64,000 nucleotides of DNA from Candidatus Binatia bacterium (GCA_963666315.2 CAXXHG010000030.1:1-64000); one strand, 5' to 3'. Numbered from the stretch's first letter, positions 18,010 through 28,705 are shown. The notes: generated by a model from the letters alone, not told the origin. Program-made: numbers and translations.

Positions 18010-19893
18010 TTACTCCGGTAGCGCAAACACCAGCAAGGCGCTGCCCTTACTCGTGAGTGGTGGCTCGCCCACCAGCGTGACAGCCAAACCGCCGCCACCA
18101 CTGGGGATCGCGACATATTGCCGGCCCCCGGCTTTATACGTCACAGGCTGGGCGCGCATAGAGGAGCCAGTCTGGAATTTCCACAGCAGCTCACCAGTCG
18201 CGTCATCAAAGGCCAGCGCATAGCCTTCCAGATTTCCCGTAAAGACCAGGCCACCAGCAGTAGCCAGCGTGCCACCCATCATGGGGTATGCATCTTGATA
18301 GCGCCATTTGATCTCACCCGTTGACGGATCAATGGCCGACAGGTGACCGTAGGAAGATCCATCATCCCCCTGGGTTTTGCCCGGACCGCCACCCCAGAAC
18401 GGGATGCCCTTAATGAAGATAGACGCTGATTTTGTCATCTGCCAACAGCTCTCAACAGTGGGCACATACATGAGCTGAGTCAGCGGGCTATAGGCTGCAG
18501 TATAGGAACCGTTTTTCCCGCCTACCGAACCGGGACAAATGAACTCTTGCCCTTCTGCAGTTGGGACATATTTGGGGTCAACAATCGGCCGACCCACTTC
18601 ATCAAGGCCCTTCGACCAGTTCAGCTTATCAACGTATTGGGTGCCGTGAAGATATTTTCCCGAAGAGCGGTCCAGCACATACAAATAGCCGTTACGATTG
18701 GGCTGAGCCAACGCTTTGACGATTTCTCCGCTGCGTTCAACATTGATGAGAAATAAATCAGTATTGCCGTCATAGTCCCAGATGTCATGCGGCGTAAACT
18801 GGAAGTACCACTTAATCTCACCAGTGTCCGGATCGAGAGCGAGGACGGAGTCAGTGTATAAATTGTCGCCCTTGCGGATATCACCGTTCCAGTCAGGAGA
18901 GGTGTTCCCCGTCGCCCAATAGAGAAGATTCTGATCCGGGTCATACGATCCAGTCACCCAAGTCGGACCACCACCATGCTTCCAGGAATCGCCGGACCAG
19001 GTCTCGGCGCCCTTCTCACCTTTGTCCGGGATCGTATAGCGGCGCCATTTGCGTTCGCCAGTGTTAATGTCGTAAGCATCAATATAACCACGGATGCCAT
19101 ACTCCCCGCCGGCAATACCGACGATGAGCTTGTCCCGAACGACGAGCGGAGCAACCGTTGAGCTAAACCCGTTAGCATAGTGGTCCATCTCGGTGTTCCA
19201 CACCACCGCGCCGGTCTTACGGTTCAGGGCAATCACACGAGCGTCAAGGGTGGCCATAAAGACTTTGTCTCCGGCAATAGCTGCACCCTTATTCGACGGT
19301 CCACAGCAAACGCGCATGTCATCCGGCAACTGGTGGTCGTAGCGCCATAAGAGCTCGCCGGTCACCGCGTCGAGCGCAAAGAGGTGGTTATATGCGGAAG
19401 TCAGATAGATAATCCCATCCGCAACAATGGGAGACGCCTGCATCTGGGCGGGTATTCCGGTTTGGAACATCCAGGCCGCTTTCATGTCCTTCACGTTGTC
19501 GCGATTGATGTCGGTTAATGGGCTGAAGCGCCAGCCGGCATAATTACCACCATACATGAGCCAGTAGGCAGGATCGTTGGTACCCTGGAGCAAGTGCTCC
19601 TGGGTAACCGGTAGGAAGTCATAGTCGTCAGTCTTGCCTTTTGAGGTGTGCTGATCGTCAGCATCTATCTCAATATGCTCGACATGCTCAGCATGCTCGA
19701 CATGCTCAGCATGCTCAATATGCTCAGCTTCTTCCGCCTTGGCCTCACTTTTGTGTGTGGCTGGTGCGGCTTCTGCAGGTTCCAATTGATCGCCCGTACG
19801 CCCGCCTACGGCATACGCGTCAACCGTCACGCACAACACAGCGGCTAAAAAGCTCGCACCGATAAGGACTGTTTGCAGCCAAGAATTCCGCAT
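18010..19893 (-). CDS. PQQ-dependent alcohol dehydrogenase, predicted lanthanide-dependent
   Basis: Vicinal CC (RVCCGP), GGEYGIRG, WATGN, TPHDIWDYDG with D-x-D; W-docking motifs; AGGAGG RBS before ATG 19893; signal peptide. Confidence 0.93.
   Translation of the reverse strand: MRNSWLQTVLIGASFLAAVLCVTVDAYAVGGRTGDQLEPAEAAPATHKSEAKAEEAEHIEHAEHVEHAEHVEHIEIDADDQHTSKGKTDDYDFLPVTQEHLLQGTNDPAYWLMYGGNYAGWRFSPLTDINRDNVKDMKAAWMFQTGIPAQMQASPIVADGIIYLTSAYNHLFALDAVTGELLWRYDHQLPDDMRVCCGPSNKGAAIAGDKVFMATLDARVIALNRKTGAVVWNTEMDHYANGFSSTVAPLVVRDKLIVGIAGGEYGIRGYIDAYDINTGERKWRRYTIPDKGEKGAETWSGDSWKHGGGPTWVTGSYDPDQNLLYWATGNTSPDWNGDIRKGDNLYTDSVLALDPDTGEIKWYFQFTPHDIWDYDGNTDLFLINVERSGEIVKALAQPNRNGYLYVLDRSSGKYLHGTQYVDKLNWSKGLDEVGRPIVDPKYVPTAEGQEFICPGSVGGKNGSYTAAYSPLTQLMYVPTVESCWQMTKSASIFIKGIPFWGGGPGKTQGDDGSSYGHLSAIDPSTGEIKWRYQDAYPMMGGTLATAGGLVFTGNLEGYALAFDDATGELLWKFQTGSSMRAQPVTYKAGGRQYVAIPSGGGGLAVTLVGEPPLTSKGSALLVFALPE
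19672..19725 (-). repeat. 6 x 9-nt coding tandem repeat, (E-H-[I/A/V])6
   Basis: ATGCTC recurs at 19675, 19684, 19693, 19702, 19711 and 19720 on the + strand. Confidence 0.95.
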
Positions 19894-20216
19894 ATCTTTC
19901 CCTCCTTTACGTGCAAAAATACCACGTAAAACCCAGGCATAGCGCGGTCGAAAAGTACTTGCTTTTCGGTAGCCGGTCAAGGAAGGCAGCCAAACGAAAT
20001 ACCTCGAAGTGAGGACCTCTTGCGTCCTCAACCCGGCCTCAACCTCATCTCATCTGCAGCTCGGAATGCCGCTTTTCTTCCCGCCTGGAAACACAAGGAA
20101 GAATAAAAAATTTCATTCTTTCCTGCATCACCTTGTCAGCTCGAACACTCTGCTATACATCTATACATCCTCAGACACAACAAGAGACGGAAACTGAGGA
20201 AAGAGCAAAGAGGAGC

Positions 20217-21095
20217 ATGAGGAGCATTATGACACAGCATCCCTTCTCAGGTTGTCACTGTGGTACTCTCCTGTTGAGCACCTTGCTTCTCTTCGGTGGG
20301 TGCGGAGGACAAGACGACCCAGATCAAATCGTGCAAAAAATGTCGGCCAAGCAGGAGAGCCCGCCACTCTCCAAGACCCATGCTCCCGAGCCCGGACCTG
20401 CCTCGCCTCCCCCGACTGAGCCGGCATCGTCCCCTCAACCAGAAGCCGCTGGTAGCGGGACTATTGTTGGCCGGATTCTTTTCGATGCAGAGGCTCCGCA
20501 ACGGCAGCCGCTGATCGTCAGCAAAGATACTGCAGTCTGCGGTCAAACAGAGAAATTTTTCGAATCGCTTCTTGTCGGACCGGACAAAGGCATCAAGAAC
20601 ACGGTAGTCTTTTTACGGGATGTCGCTGGCGGAAAACAATTTCCGACTTCAAAAGCACAGTCTGGCCATCCCACCATCGACCAGACTGGCTGCATCTATG
20701 ACCCACATGTGCTCCTCGTTCAGGCAGGGGCAACCGTCGATATTAAAAACAGCGACGGCATTTTGCACAACATCCACACCTATAGCGAGCAAAATCCAGC
20801 CTTTAATATGGCCCAGCCAAAGTTTCAGAAAGTTATCTCGAAGACCTTCCACCAGCCAGAAATCATTCGCGTAACCTGTGACGTTCACGCCTGGATGACG
20901 GCGTGGCTTGTTGTCCAAGACCATCCCTATTATGCCCTCACTGATGAAACCGGGGCATTTCAACTCACCGACGTCCCGTCAGGCGAGTATACACTCAAAG
21001 TATGGCATGAGGAGCTAGGCGAACGGACTATCGCATTGACGGTCACTGCGGGCCAAGAAGCGCCGGTTGAGATAACACTCTCCCGTGCTGGCTGA
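20217..21095 (+). CDS. lipoprotein with cupredoxin-like and carboxypeptidase-regulatory-like domains
   Basis: Lipobox LFGGC; Pro-rich linker; IDQTGCIYDPHV, HNIH, CDVHAWM, TDETGAF...VPSGEY. Confidence 0.8.
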   Translation: MRSIMTQHPFSGCHCGTLLLSTLLLFGGCGGQDDPDQIVQKMSAKQESPPLSKTHAPEPGPASPPPTEPASSPQPEAAGSGTIVGRILFDAEAPQRQPLIVSKDTAVCGQTEKFFESLLVGPDKGIKNTVVFLRDVAGGKQFPTSKAQSGHPTIDQTGCIYDPHVLLVQAGATVDIKNSDGILHNIHTYSEQNPAFNMAQPKFQKVISKTFHQPEIIRVTCDVHAWMTAWLVVQDHPYYALTDETGAFQLTDVPSGEYTLKVWHEELGERTIALTVTAGQEAPVEITLSRAG

Positions 21096-21159
21096 AGAGA
21101 AACATATGGGATATAGGGGGTGCCCTTGCGCGTGCGAGTCGCGAGCGTGACTATTCTCT

Positions 21160-21750
21160 ATGCGGTTCCCTTTGCAGGCCTTGCCACCGTTTCGGATTAT
21201 TCTGCTCTTTATAGTAGTGCCGGCCGCGCTGTCAGCCACACTCTATCAGCCCGATGTGAGCGGTGGCGTCTGGCGTGAGGGCAAAGCCGCCTGGTGGGAT
21301 GTGAAACTACTCGACTGGGGGTTGACGGGCTGGGGGCACGCCCCAAGACAACCCATCGCGTTCAGCCATAAACTGCACGCGGGCGACTATAGCCTGGACT
21401 GCCTATACTGTCACAGCGCAGCTCGAGTCTCCCCGTCTGCCCATGTTCCGCCCGTACAAATGTGTATGGGCTGTCACAAAAAGAAAACGGAAAATCTGGA
21501 AATACAAAAAATTCAGGCCTACTGGAAAAACCAAGAGCCCATACCCTGGATACGGGTCCACACGCTTCCGGCGTTTACCCGCTTTAATCACAAGAGGCAT
21601 GTCCGGGCCGGTGTCGAGTGCCAGTCGTGTCACGGCGCGGTTCAAAAAATGCAACGGGTTGAACAGGTCTCGTCGCTCAAGATGGGTTGGTGTATCACCT
21701 GCCATGAGGAAAATCAGGTAAGCAGAGACTGCCTCATCTGCCACTACTGA
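21160..21750 (+). CDS. actA: alternative complex III pentaheme cytochrome c
   Basis: Five CxxCH motifs (CLYCH, CMGCH, CQSCH, CITCH, CLICH); QPIAFSHKLH; MGWC. Confidence 0.9.
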   Translation: MRFPLQALPPFRIILLFIVVPAALSATLYQPDVSGGVWREGKAAWWDVKLLDWGLTGWGHAPRQPIAFSHKLHAGDYSLDCLYCHSAARVSPSAHVPPVQMCMGCHKKKTENLEIQKIQAYWKNQEPIPWIRVHTLPAFTRFNHKRHVRAGVECQSCHGAVQKMQRVEQVSSLKMGWCITCHEENQVSRDCLICHY

Positions 21751-21776
21751 GGACGGAGTGCATGAAAGAGTTTGCA

Positions 21777-24700
21777 ATGGAGAATGGACTCGATAGACGG
21801 GATTTTCTGAAACTGCTCGGGGTAAGCGCTGCCGCTCCCATGGCGAGCTGTGCCTCAAAGCCGGTTGAAACAATCATTCCGTATGTCATTCAGCCGGAAG
21901 AAATCACTCCGGGTGTGGCGACCTATTACGCCACCGTCTGTCAGGAGTGTCCGGCAGGTTGCGGCATGCTGGTCCGGACCAGAGAAGGCCGGGCCGTCAA
22001 AGTCGAAGGCAACCCATCCCACCCGGTCAACCGGGGCGCCTTGTGCGCGCGTGGCCAAGCGTCGCTGCAAGGACTCTATAACCCTGATCGTATCCGTCAG
22101 CCGCTGCAGCGGAATGAAGCCGGAGACTTCGTACCAATTTCTTGGGCCGAAGCGGAAACGCTGCTGGTCAAACAGCTCCACAGGGTCCGTGAAGAAGGCA
22201 AAGCCGACACAATCAGCTTTGTATCCGGCCAACTCCCCGACAGCGTATATAGCCTTGTCACAAAGTGGCTTGCAGCGCTGGGTTCACATCACCAGGTAAC
22301 ATATGAGCCGTTCGGTTATGAGGCACTGCGCAAAGCCGGCCAGTTGTGCTTTAGCCAGTCGTCCATTCCCACGTACGACATAGCCAAAGCCCGCTTCTTG
22401 GTCAGCTTCGGTGCTGATTTTTTGGAAACCTGGCTGTCTCCCGTAGGCTATGCCAAGGCATTTGGACAGATGCACAGTGCAGCAAATGCTCAAGCCGCCA
22501 AACAGGCGGGAAGATTTGTTCAGGTCGAACCCCGGCTGTCCCTCACTGGGGCAAATGCCGATGAATGGCTGGCCATTAAGCCCGGCAGGGAAGCCTTTCT
22601 CGCGTTAGGCATGGCCCGCCTTATTGTGGAAGACGGCCCAGCTGCATCCATTTCTGTCCAAGAAAAAGAACAGCTCGCTACTCTCCTGAAACCATACACA
22701 CCGGAACACGTTGCCGAGCTGACAGAAATCTCGGTTGAGACCATTCGCCGCTTGGCTCGGGAATTCACGAGCCAGAGCCCCAGTCTTGCCATTGGGGGTG
22801 GAGTAGCGGCCAGTTCTCGGGAAGAGACGGCCACGCTAATCGCCGTTCATCTGCTGAATTATGTAGCTGGGAATATTGGCCGGACCGTCCATTTTCATTC
22901 GCCAAGCAGCCCGACATCCCAGACTAACTCCTATAGCGCCCTTTTGGCATTGATCGAAGAGATGGAGCGGGGAGAAGTCCCCCTGCTCTTCCTGGCCAAC
23001 ACGAACCCGGCGTTCAGCCTGCCGCCATCTGCGGGCTTTGCAGATGCCCTAGAAAAAGTCTCCTTTGTCGTTAGCTTTTCGTCGTTCCTCGATGAGACGA
23101 CCGAACATGCCCATCTCGTGCTACCGGACCACACACCGTTGGAGAGCTGGGGAGATGTCCGCCCCGCAGCCGGAGTATATGGACTGCTGCAACCAGTCAT
23201 GCAGCCGGTGTTTGAAACGCAGGCACTGGGCGACACTCTCCTGTCTGTTGCCGCCCAGGTTGATGGGCAGTTTTCAGAGTCTCTGTCGTGGAAGAGCTTC
23301 TTTGAATACTTGCAGGCGTCTTGGCAAGAACTCTATGGCAAACGCGGCGAAACAACCACCTTTGAAACGTTCTGGCAGCAATCGCTTCAGAACGGCGGCG
23401 TTTGGGAGAACGCTGAGGATACTTCGGTTCAACTCTCCTCAGCAGTATTTGACATAGTATTTTCCAAACCCCAATTCGACGGCTCAGGCGAAGATGCCTT
23501 GACGTTCATTGCCTATCCCTCTTCTCGCTATTTCGACGGCCGCGGAGCCAATAAACCGTGGCTGCAAGAGTTGCCCGATCCCATGACACAAGCAGTCTGG
23601 GATTCGTGGCTTGAGATCCATCCTGAAACAGCCGCACGACTTGGCATTGCCGAGGGAGATCGGCTCAGCGTGACTTCGCCACACGGGACAGTCGAGGCAG
23701 CCGCGTATTTCTATGACGGTCTCCGTCGAGACAGCGTGGCGATGCCGATAGGCCAGGGACATACCAGCTACGGTCGCTATGCGCAGGGACAGGGAGCCAA
23801 CCCAGTTAACTTGCTAGCCGCACAACCAGAAAAAGCCTCCGGCAGCTTTTCGTGGCTTTCAACCACGGTCCAACTGACACGCACCGGCAAACGCGCCCCG
23901 CTGGTGACAACCGACGGCAGTCGCCAGCAGCTTGGTCGGGGCATCGCTCAAGTTACTGATGAGCATACTGAGCACCCCGAATCACATACAGAAGAACATT
24001 CCGTCGAACATGCCGTGTATGACATGTACCCTGCACTCAAGTACGATACATATCGCTGGGGGATGAGCATTGATCTCGCAGCCTGTATCGGTTGTGGCGC
24101 ATGTGTCACGGCGTGTTATGCGGAAAACAATATTCCAGTCGTCGGCAAAGACGCGGTCGCCCAAGGCCGGGAAATGTCGTGGCTGCGTATTGAACGCTAC
24201 TTCGAAGACTCTTCAGTCGTAGACCCCTCAGTCGAAGACTCCTCAGGAGAAGAGCGTGCGCCGGAAACGCGCTTCGCGCCTATGCTATGCCAGCACTGCG
24301 GCAATGCTCCGTGCGAGCCGGTCTGTCCCGTGTATGCGACCTATCATAATCCGGAAGGGCTCAACGCGCAGATCTATAACCGCTGTGTCGGCACGCGCTA
24401 CTGCGCCAATAACTGCCCGTATAAAGTCCGCCGCTTCAACTGGGTTGAGGCCGACTGGCCGCAACCATTACATCTCCAGCTCAATCCTGATGTGACGATA
24501 CGCGAACCGGGCGTGATGGAGAAATGCACCTTCTGTGTACAACGCATTCAAGAGGGGAAAGACCACGCAAAAGACGAAGACCGCCTCGTCCCGCGATGGT
24601 GAAGTCACGCCCGCCTGCGCCCAGACCTGTCCCACGCAAGCCATTACGTTCGGCAATCTGAAAGACCCTGACAGTCGGGTTTCTCAGAACTCTCACGGGT

Positions 24701-24783
24701 CACGGGCGTATAAAGTCTTAGCAGAACTGAATACGAAACCGGCTATTACGTACCTCAAGAAGGTCCGGCGTCGTCCCGAATAA
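21777..24783 (+). CDS. actB: alternative complex III molybdopterin-oxidoreductase-like/4Fe-4S subunit; frameshift near 24590
   Basis: Tat motif DRRDFLK; ANKPWLQELPDP; CIGCGAC, CQHC..APCEPVCP, EKCTFC; final PACAQTCP in ORF 24535-24783. Confidence 0.92.
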
Positions 24784-24791
24784 CATTACTC

Positions 24792-26191
24792 ATGCAGACT
24801 CATCTCAGCTATATCCAGGTCAATCGCGACCTGCTGAAAAGTCTTCTCAGCTCACCAACCCGCATCTGGTACACCGTGCTCGGCTGCGATCTGGTCGTAC
24901 TGGCTTTTGGGGCGTACTGCTGGAGCTATCAGATCCAGGCAGGACTGGGTGTGACCGGCCTAGCCCATCCCGTCGGCTGGGGCGTGTATATCACAAATTT
25001 TGTTTTCTGGGTCGGCATTGCCCACTCCGGTACGCTGATCTCAGCCGTTCTCTTTTTATTTCGGGCGCGCTGGCGCACGGCTATTGCCCGCAGCGCAGAG
25101 GCCATGACGATTTTTGCAGTCATGACTGCCGGCCTGTTTCCTATCATCCACCTCGGACGGGCATGGAACTTCTACTGGCTGCTGCCCTATCCCAACCAAC
25201 GCCAACTGTGGGTCAATTTTCAGTCCCCCCTGGTCTGGGACGCGTTTGCGATCTCGACGTATTTTGCCGTCAGCTTGATGTTTTGGTACATCGGCCTGGT
25301 ACCCGACCTCGCAGCCGCCCGCGACCGCACCGCAGGCCTGCGCCGGAAGCTCTACAGCGTCTTCTCTTTGGGTTGGCAGGGGACGGACCGTCAGTGGCAC
25401 CACTATCTGAGTGCCTATGCCTTTTTTGCCGCGCTGGCGACTCCCCTCGTGGTGTCCGTCCATAGTGTGGTGTCGTGGGGACTTTGCCATGACCCTCGTG
25501 CCGGGCTGGCATAGCACTATCTTTGCTCCGTATTTTGTCGCTGGGGCTATTTTCTCCGGGCTCGCCATGGTCCTGACCTTGCTCATTCCGCTGCGCAAGA
25601 TCTTTGGCTTAGAGGCCTATATCACCGACTATCACTTCGACAATCTAGGCAAGCTCATTATTCTCACCTCGTTGATCCTGACCTACGCCTACGCCAGCGA
25701 ATTTTTTGTTGCCTGGTATAGCGCCAACCCGTATGAGCGCAGCATCTTTTGGTACCGCGCGGCCGGCGACTATGCGCCACTCTTCTGGCTGATGCTGACC
25801 TGCAACTGCGCGATACCCATGCTGCTGTGGCGGAAGTCAATTCGGACGCATACTTTATGGCTATTTGGGATTTCATTGCTGATCAATGTGGGCATGTGGC
25901 TGGAGCGGTTTGTCATTATCGTCAGCTCGTTGTCGCATGAGTTTGATCCTTCCGCCTGGGGCCTGTACCAGCCCTCGTGGGTTGAGGTCGGCATAACGGT
26001 CGGGAGCTTTGCTTGGTTCTTGCTGTGGTTCTTGCTGTTTGTGAAATTCCTTCCCTTGGTATCTTTAGCCGAAGTCAAAGAGCATCTGCCACAGCCGCAA
26101 ACAGCACCTCAGCCGGCCCAGCCGGAACTACCCGCCAGTCCACAGCCGCTCACCGGGCGTGGATCAGGCCAAGGATGGGGCAAAAGATTAG
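24792..26191 (+). CDS. actC: alternative complex III NrfD-family membrane subunit; frameshift near 25480; end inferred
   Basis: NFVFWVGIAHSGTLISA, SPLVWD, SVHSVVSW/DFA, GWHSTIFAPYFVAGAIFSG, GMWLERF. Confidence 0.88.
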
Positions 26192-26691
26192 GAATGGTCG
26201 GCATCTTCACCCAGCTCGACAAATTGACCGCCTCGATCACGGCTCTGCGGCGAAGCGGGTATACAAATTTCAATGTAGTGTCACCATTCCCCAGCCATGA
26301 GATTCAGGCCGCACTCGGCAAACGCACAAGTCCAATTCGGTATTTTACCCTCATAGGCAGTTTGCTCGGGTGTGCAGTCGGCTTCGCCCTACCGACATAC
26401 ACCGCGCTGGACTGGCCGCTACAGACCAGCGCCAAGCCGATTGTTGCCTTGCCGGCCTTTGCCATTATCGCGTTTGAACTGACTATTCTTTTTGGTGCGC
26501 TGGCCACCTTCATCGGACTACTCCTAAACGCACGACTTCCATCTCGTTCGGTTGCTATCACACATGACCCACGTTTTTCAGAAGATTGCTTTGGGCTGCT
26601 GGTCCCATGTACGGCCGAGCAAACCTCGGCAGTCAGACACGCACTCACCTCTGGCGGCGCACAGGAAGTATATGACCAAGGCGTTTCATAA
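26175..26691 (+). CDS. actD: alternative complex III subunit D (DUF3341); reads in frame with actC in this sequence
   Basis: SPFPSH, DWPLQTSAKP, FELTILF, DPRFSEDCF, GAQEV. Confidence 0.82.
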
Positions 26692-26747
26692 GCTTCTCGT
26701 AGTACCGTGTCTAGGTCGAAACTATGCACGTCCGCGCGTTCCTGCTG

Positions 26748-26817
26748 CGACGGGGCTCAGCACGAACGAGGCTTGGACCCAGACTCTTTTGCCGTTCGCC
26801 CTGAGCTTGTCGAAGGG
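26748..26817. repeat. inverted REP-like pair inside the act operon
   Basis: CGACGGGGCTCAGCACGAACG ... CGTTCGCCCTGAGCTTGTCG; related copy at 28706-28758. Confidence 0.65.
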
Positions 26818-26896
26818 GTACGGTGCCGCTACGATATCCGGCTTCAACGTAGACACGGTAGTAGGGCGCGTCCCACGCACCCTAAAATGTAGGGGC

Positions 26897-27442
26897 ATGC
26901 ACGCTTTCCTGCACTGGGGGCGCCTCCTCTCGTTCTCTATTGGTTTATTTTTTCTCAGCGTTCCGGCTGCCCATACCTTGCCCTGGAATGACGATATGTA
27001 TTGGCAGCCTGAGCTGGAAGCAGGAACGGCTGCTCGGGCGCCCGCAGCACACAGCGTCCCGACAACGGGCATCGAGCCACCCATATCGTCGCGTATCACC
27101 GACCGCATCAAGGCAGGCATCACACTGCGCAACCCGGTGAAGGCAACGGCGCAGTCGATTCAGAACGGCGCAGCTTTGTATCGAATTTATTGCACGCCGT
27201 GCCATGGCCCGCAGGCTAAGGGGGACGGGATCATGGTGGGGAAGGTTGTGCCGTCATCGAATTTACATACGGACCGGATGAAAAACCAAAAAGACGGCTA
27301 TCTGTATGCCACTATCCGTAGCGGTGGATTTATTATGCCGTCGTATCAACATGCCCTCTCGACACGAGAACGCTGGGATATTGTGAATTACGTGCGTCAG
27401 TTACAGCAAGACCTCCAGCAGCTTCAGCAACCACAACAATGA
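26897..27442 (+). CDS. actE: alternative complex III monoheme cytochrome c
   Basis: DMYWQP, CTPCHG, DGYLYATI, MPSY, RWDIVNYVR. Confidence 0.85.
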   Translation: MHAFLHWGRLLSFSIGLFFLSVPAAHTLPWNDDMYWQPELEAGTAARAPAAHSVPTTGIEPPISSRITDRIKAGITLRNPVKATAQSIQNGAALYRIYCTPCHGPQAKGDGIMVGKVVPSSNLHTDRMKNQKDGYLYATIRSGGFIMPSYQHALSTRERWDIVNYVRQLQQDLQQLQQPQQ

Positions 27443-28677
27443 CAATGAGCACCGAGACTGCAACAGCCGCCGCTAGCCCTCTGCCTGCCCGGTGCTCAGG
27501 TTGCCTGACATTCGGCCTGTGGGGTCTTGTGGGTCTCGGCGTTGTCACGTTTCTGATTGGGATTGCGGGAGAGCATGCCCAACGTGCCTGGCAGGCGTAT
27601 CTCGTGAATTGGCTGTTTTGGTCCGGGCTGGCCCTCAGTGGGCTGACCTTTACCGCCCTCCTTCAAATCACAAAAGCTGAATGGGCAGGACAGTTACGTC
27701 AGCTCGCCGAGGCACTCGGCGCCTTTCTACCGGTTTCGTTTTTCCTCCTTATCCTGCTCTTCGTGGGCAGCGAGCAGCTTTTTCCGTGGATTCTCGAGCC
27801 CGTTCCCGCCAAACAGGTCTGGCTGAATAAGCCGTTCCTCATTATTCGCAACCTGCTCGGCGTGAGCGTGCTGTACGGCTGTGGCCTGGCCTTGCTGCAC
27901 GCTGCACTCCGAGCACATGGGAGTCTGGCAACACAGCAAACGTCGGGTTGGCTATACAGTGTGATTGCAGCTTTCTCTTCTCAAGAAAAGGCAAAAGATA
28001 CAGAGGCGGGAACACGCACGCTCACTGTCCTCTCGCCGATTTTTATTTTTCTGTATGCAATTCTTTTTAGCTTGATTGCTTTTGATTTGGTCATGTCCTT
28101 AGAGCCGCATTGGCTCAGCACTCTGTTTGGGCTCTATTTCTGCATTGGCAATCTCTACGCCGGGCTCGGAGCGCTGGCTGTTATTGCCGTTATTGCGCGT
28201 TCATCTTTCGGTCTACCGGCACTCTTCCCGCCTGAACGTGCGCATGATCTTGGCAAATTGATTTTTGGTTTTTGCATACTCTGGACCTATTTGTTTTGGT
28301 GCCAGTACTTGACGATTTGGTATGGCAATCTGCCTGAGGAAACCGGCTTTCTCCTAGTCCGGCTGCATAAAGAACCGTGGACGGATATAAGTTTTGTCGT
28401 GCTGCTACTCACCTTCCTAACTCCCTTCCCCCTCCTGCTTCTCCAATGGGTGAAGCGTACGCCAGCTGTTCTTGCTGTGGTAAGCCTCATCATTGTCGTG
28501 GGCATGTGGCTCGAACGCTATATATTGGTCGTGCCTTCGATCTGGCATGAGCACTCGCTTCCGCTGGGGTGGATTGAGTTAGGAGTGCTGGTCGGCTTCT
28601 TTGCACTTTTCACACTCGCATTTTTGACTTTCATGCGAGCGTTTCCGCTGGCGACTCCTCCTACAGCCGAGCTATGA
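27439..28677 (+). CDS. actF: alternative complex III membrane subunit F
   Basis: About 10 TM segments; DLVMSLEPHWLSTLFG, HDLGKL, QYLTIWYGNLPEET. Confidence 0.9.
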   Translation: MTMSTETATAAASPLPARCSGCLTFGLWGLVGLGVVTFLIGIAGEHAQRAWQAYLVNWLFWSGLALSGLTFTALLQITKAEWAGQLRQLAEALGAFLPVSFFLLILLFVGSEQLFPWILEPVPAKQVWLNKPFLIIRNLLGVSVLYGCGLALLHAALRAHGSLATQQTSGWLYSVIAAFSSQEKAKDTEAGTRTLTVLSPIFIFLYAILFSLIAFDLVMSLEPHWLSTLFGLYFCIGNLYAGLGALAVIAVIARSSFGLPALFPPERAHDLGKLIFGFCILWTYLFWCQYLTIWYGNLPEETGFLLVRLHKEPWTDISFVVLLLTFLTPFPLLLLQWVKRTPAVLAVVSLIIVVGMWLERYILVVPSIWHEHSLPLGWIELGVLVGFFALFTLAFLTFMRAFPLATPPTAEL

Positions 28678-28705
28678 TATAGGCGGCAGGACAAAAAAAT
28701 TCAGG

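Noticed and set aside
19894-20031. 46-aa N-terminal extension of the PQQ dehydrogenase in the ORF track
   Set aside because: The RBS and signal peptide support ATG 19893
25411-26691. Apparent ActC-ActD fusion protein
   Set aside because: Removing one G from the GGGG run at 26177-26180 ends actC at TAG 26189-26191 and creates an overlapping ATG-GGC-AAA start for actD; a homopolymer error is the simpler explanation
26552-26896. Long N-terminal extension of ActE in the ORF track
   Set aside because: It overlaps actD and translates through a REP-like insertion; the signal peptide starts near 26897
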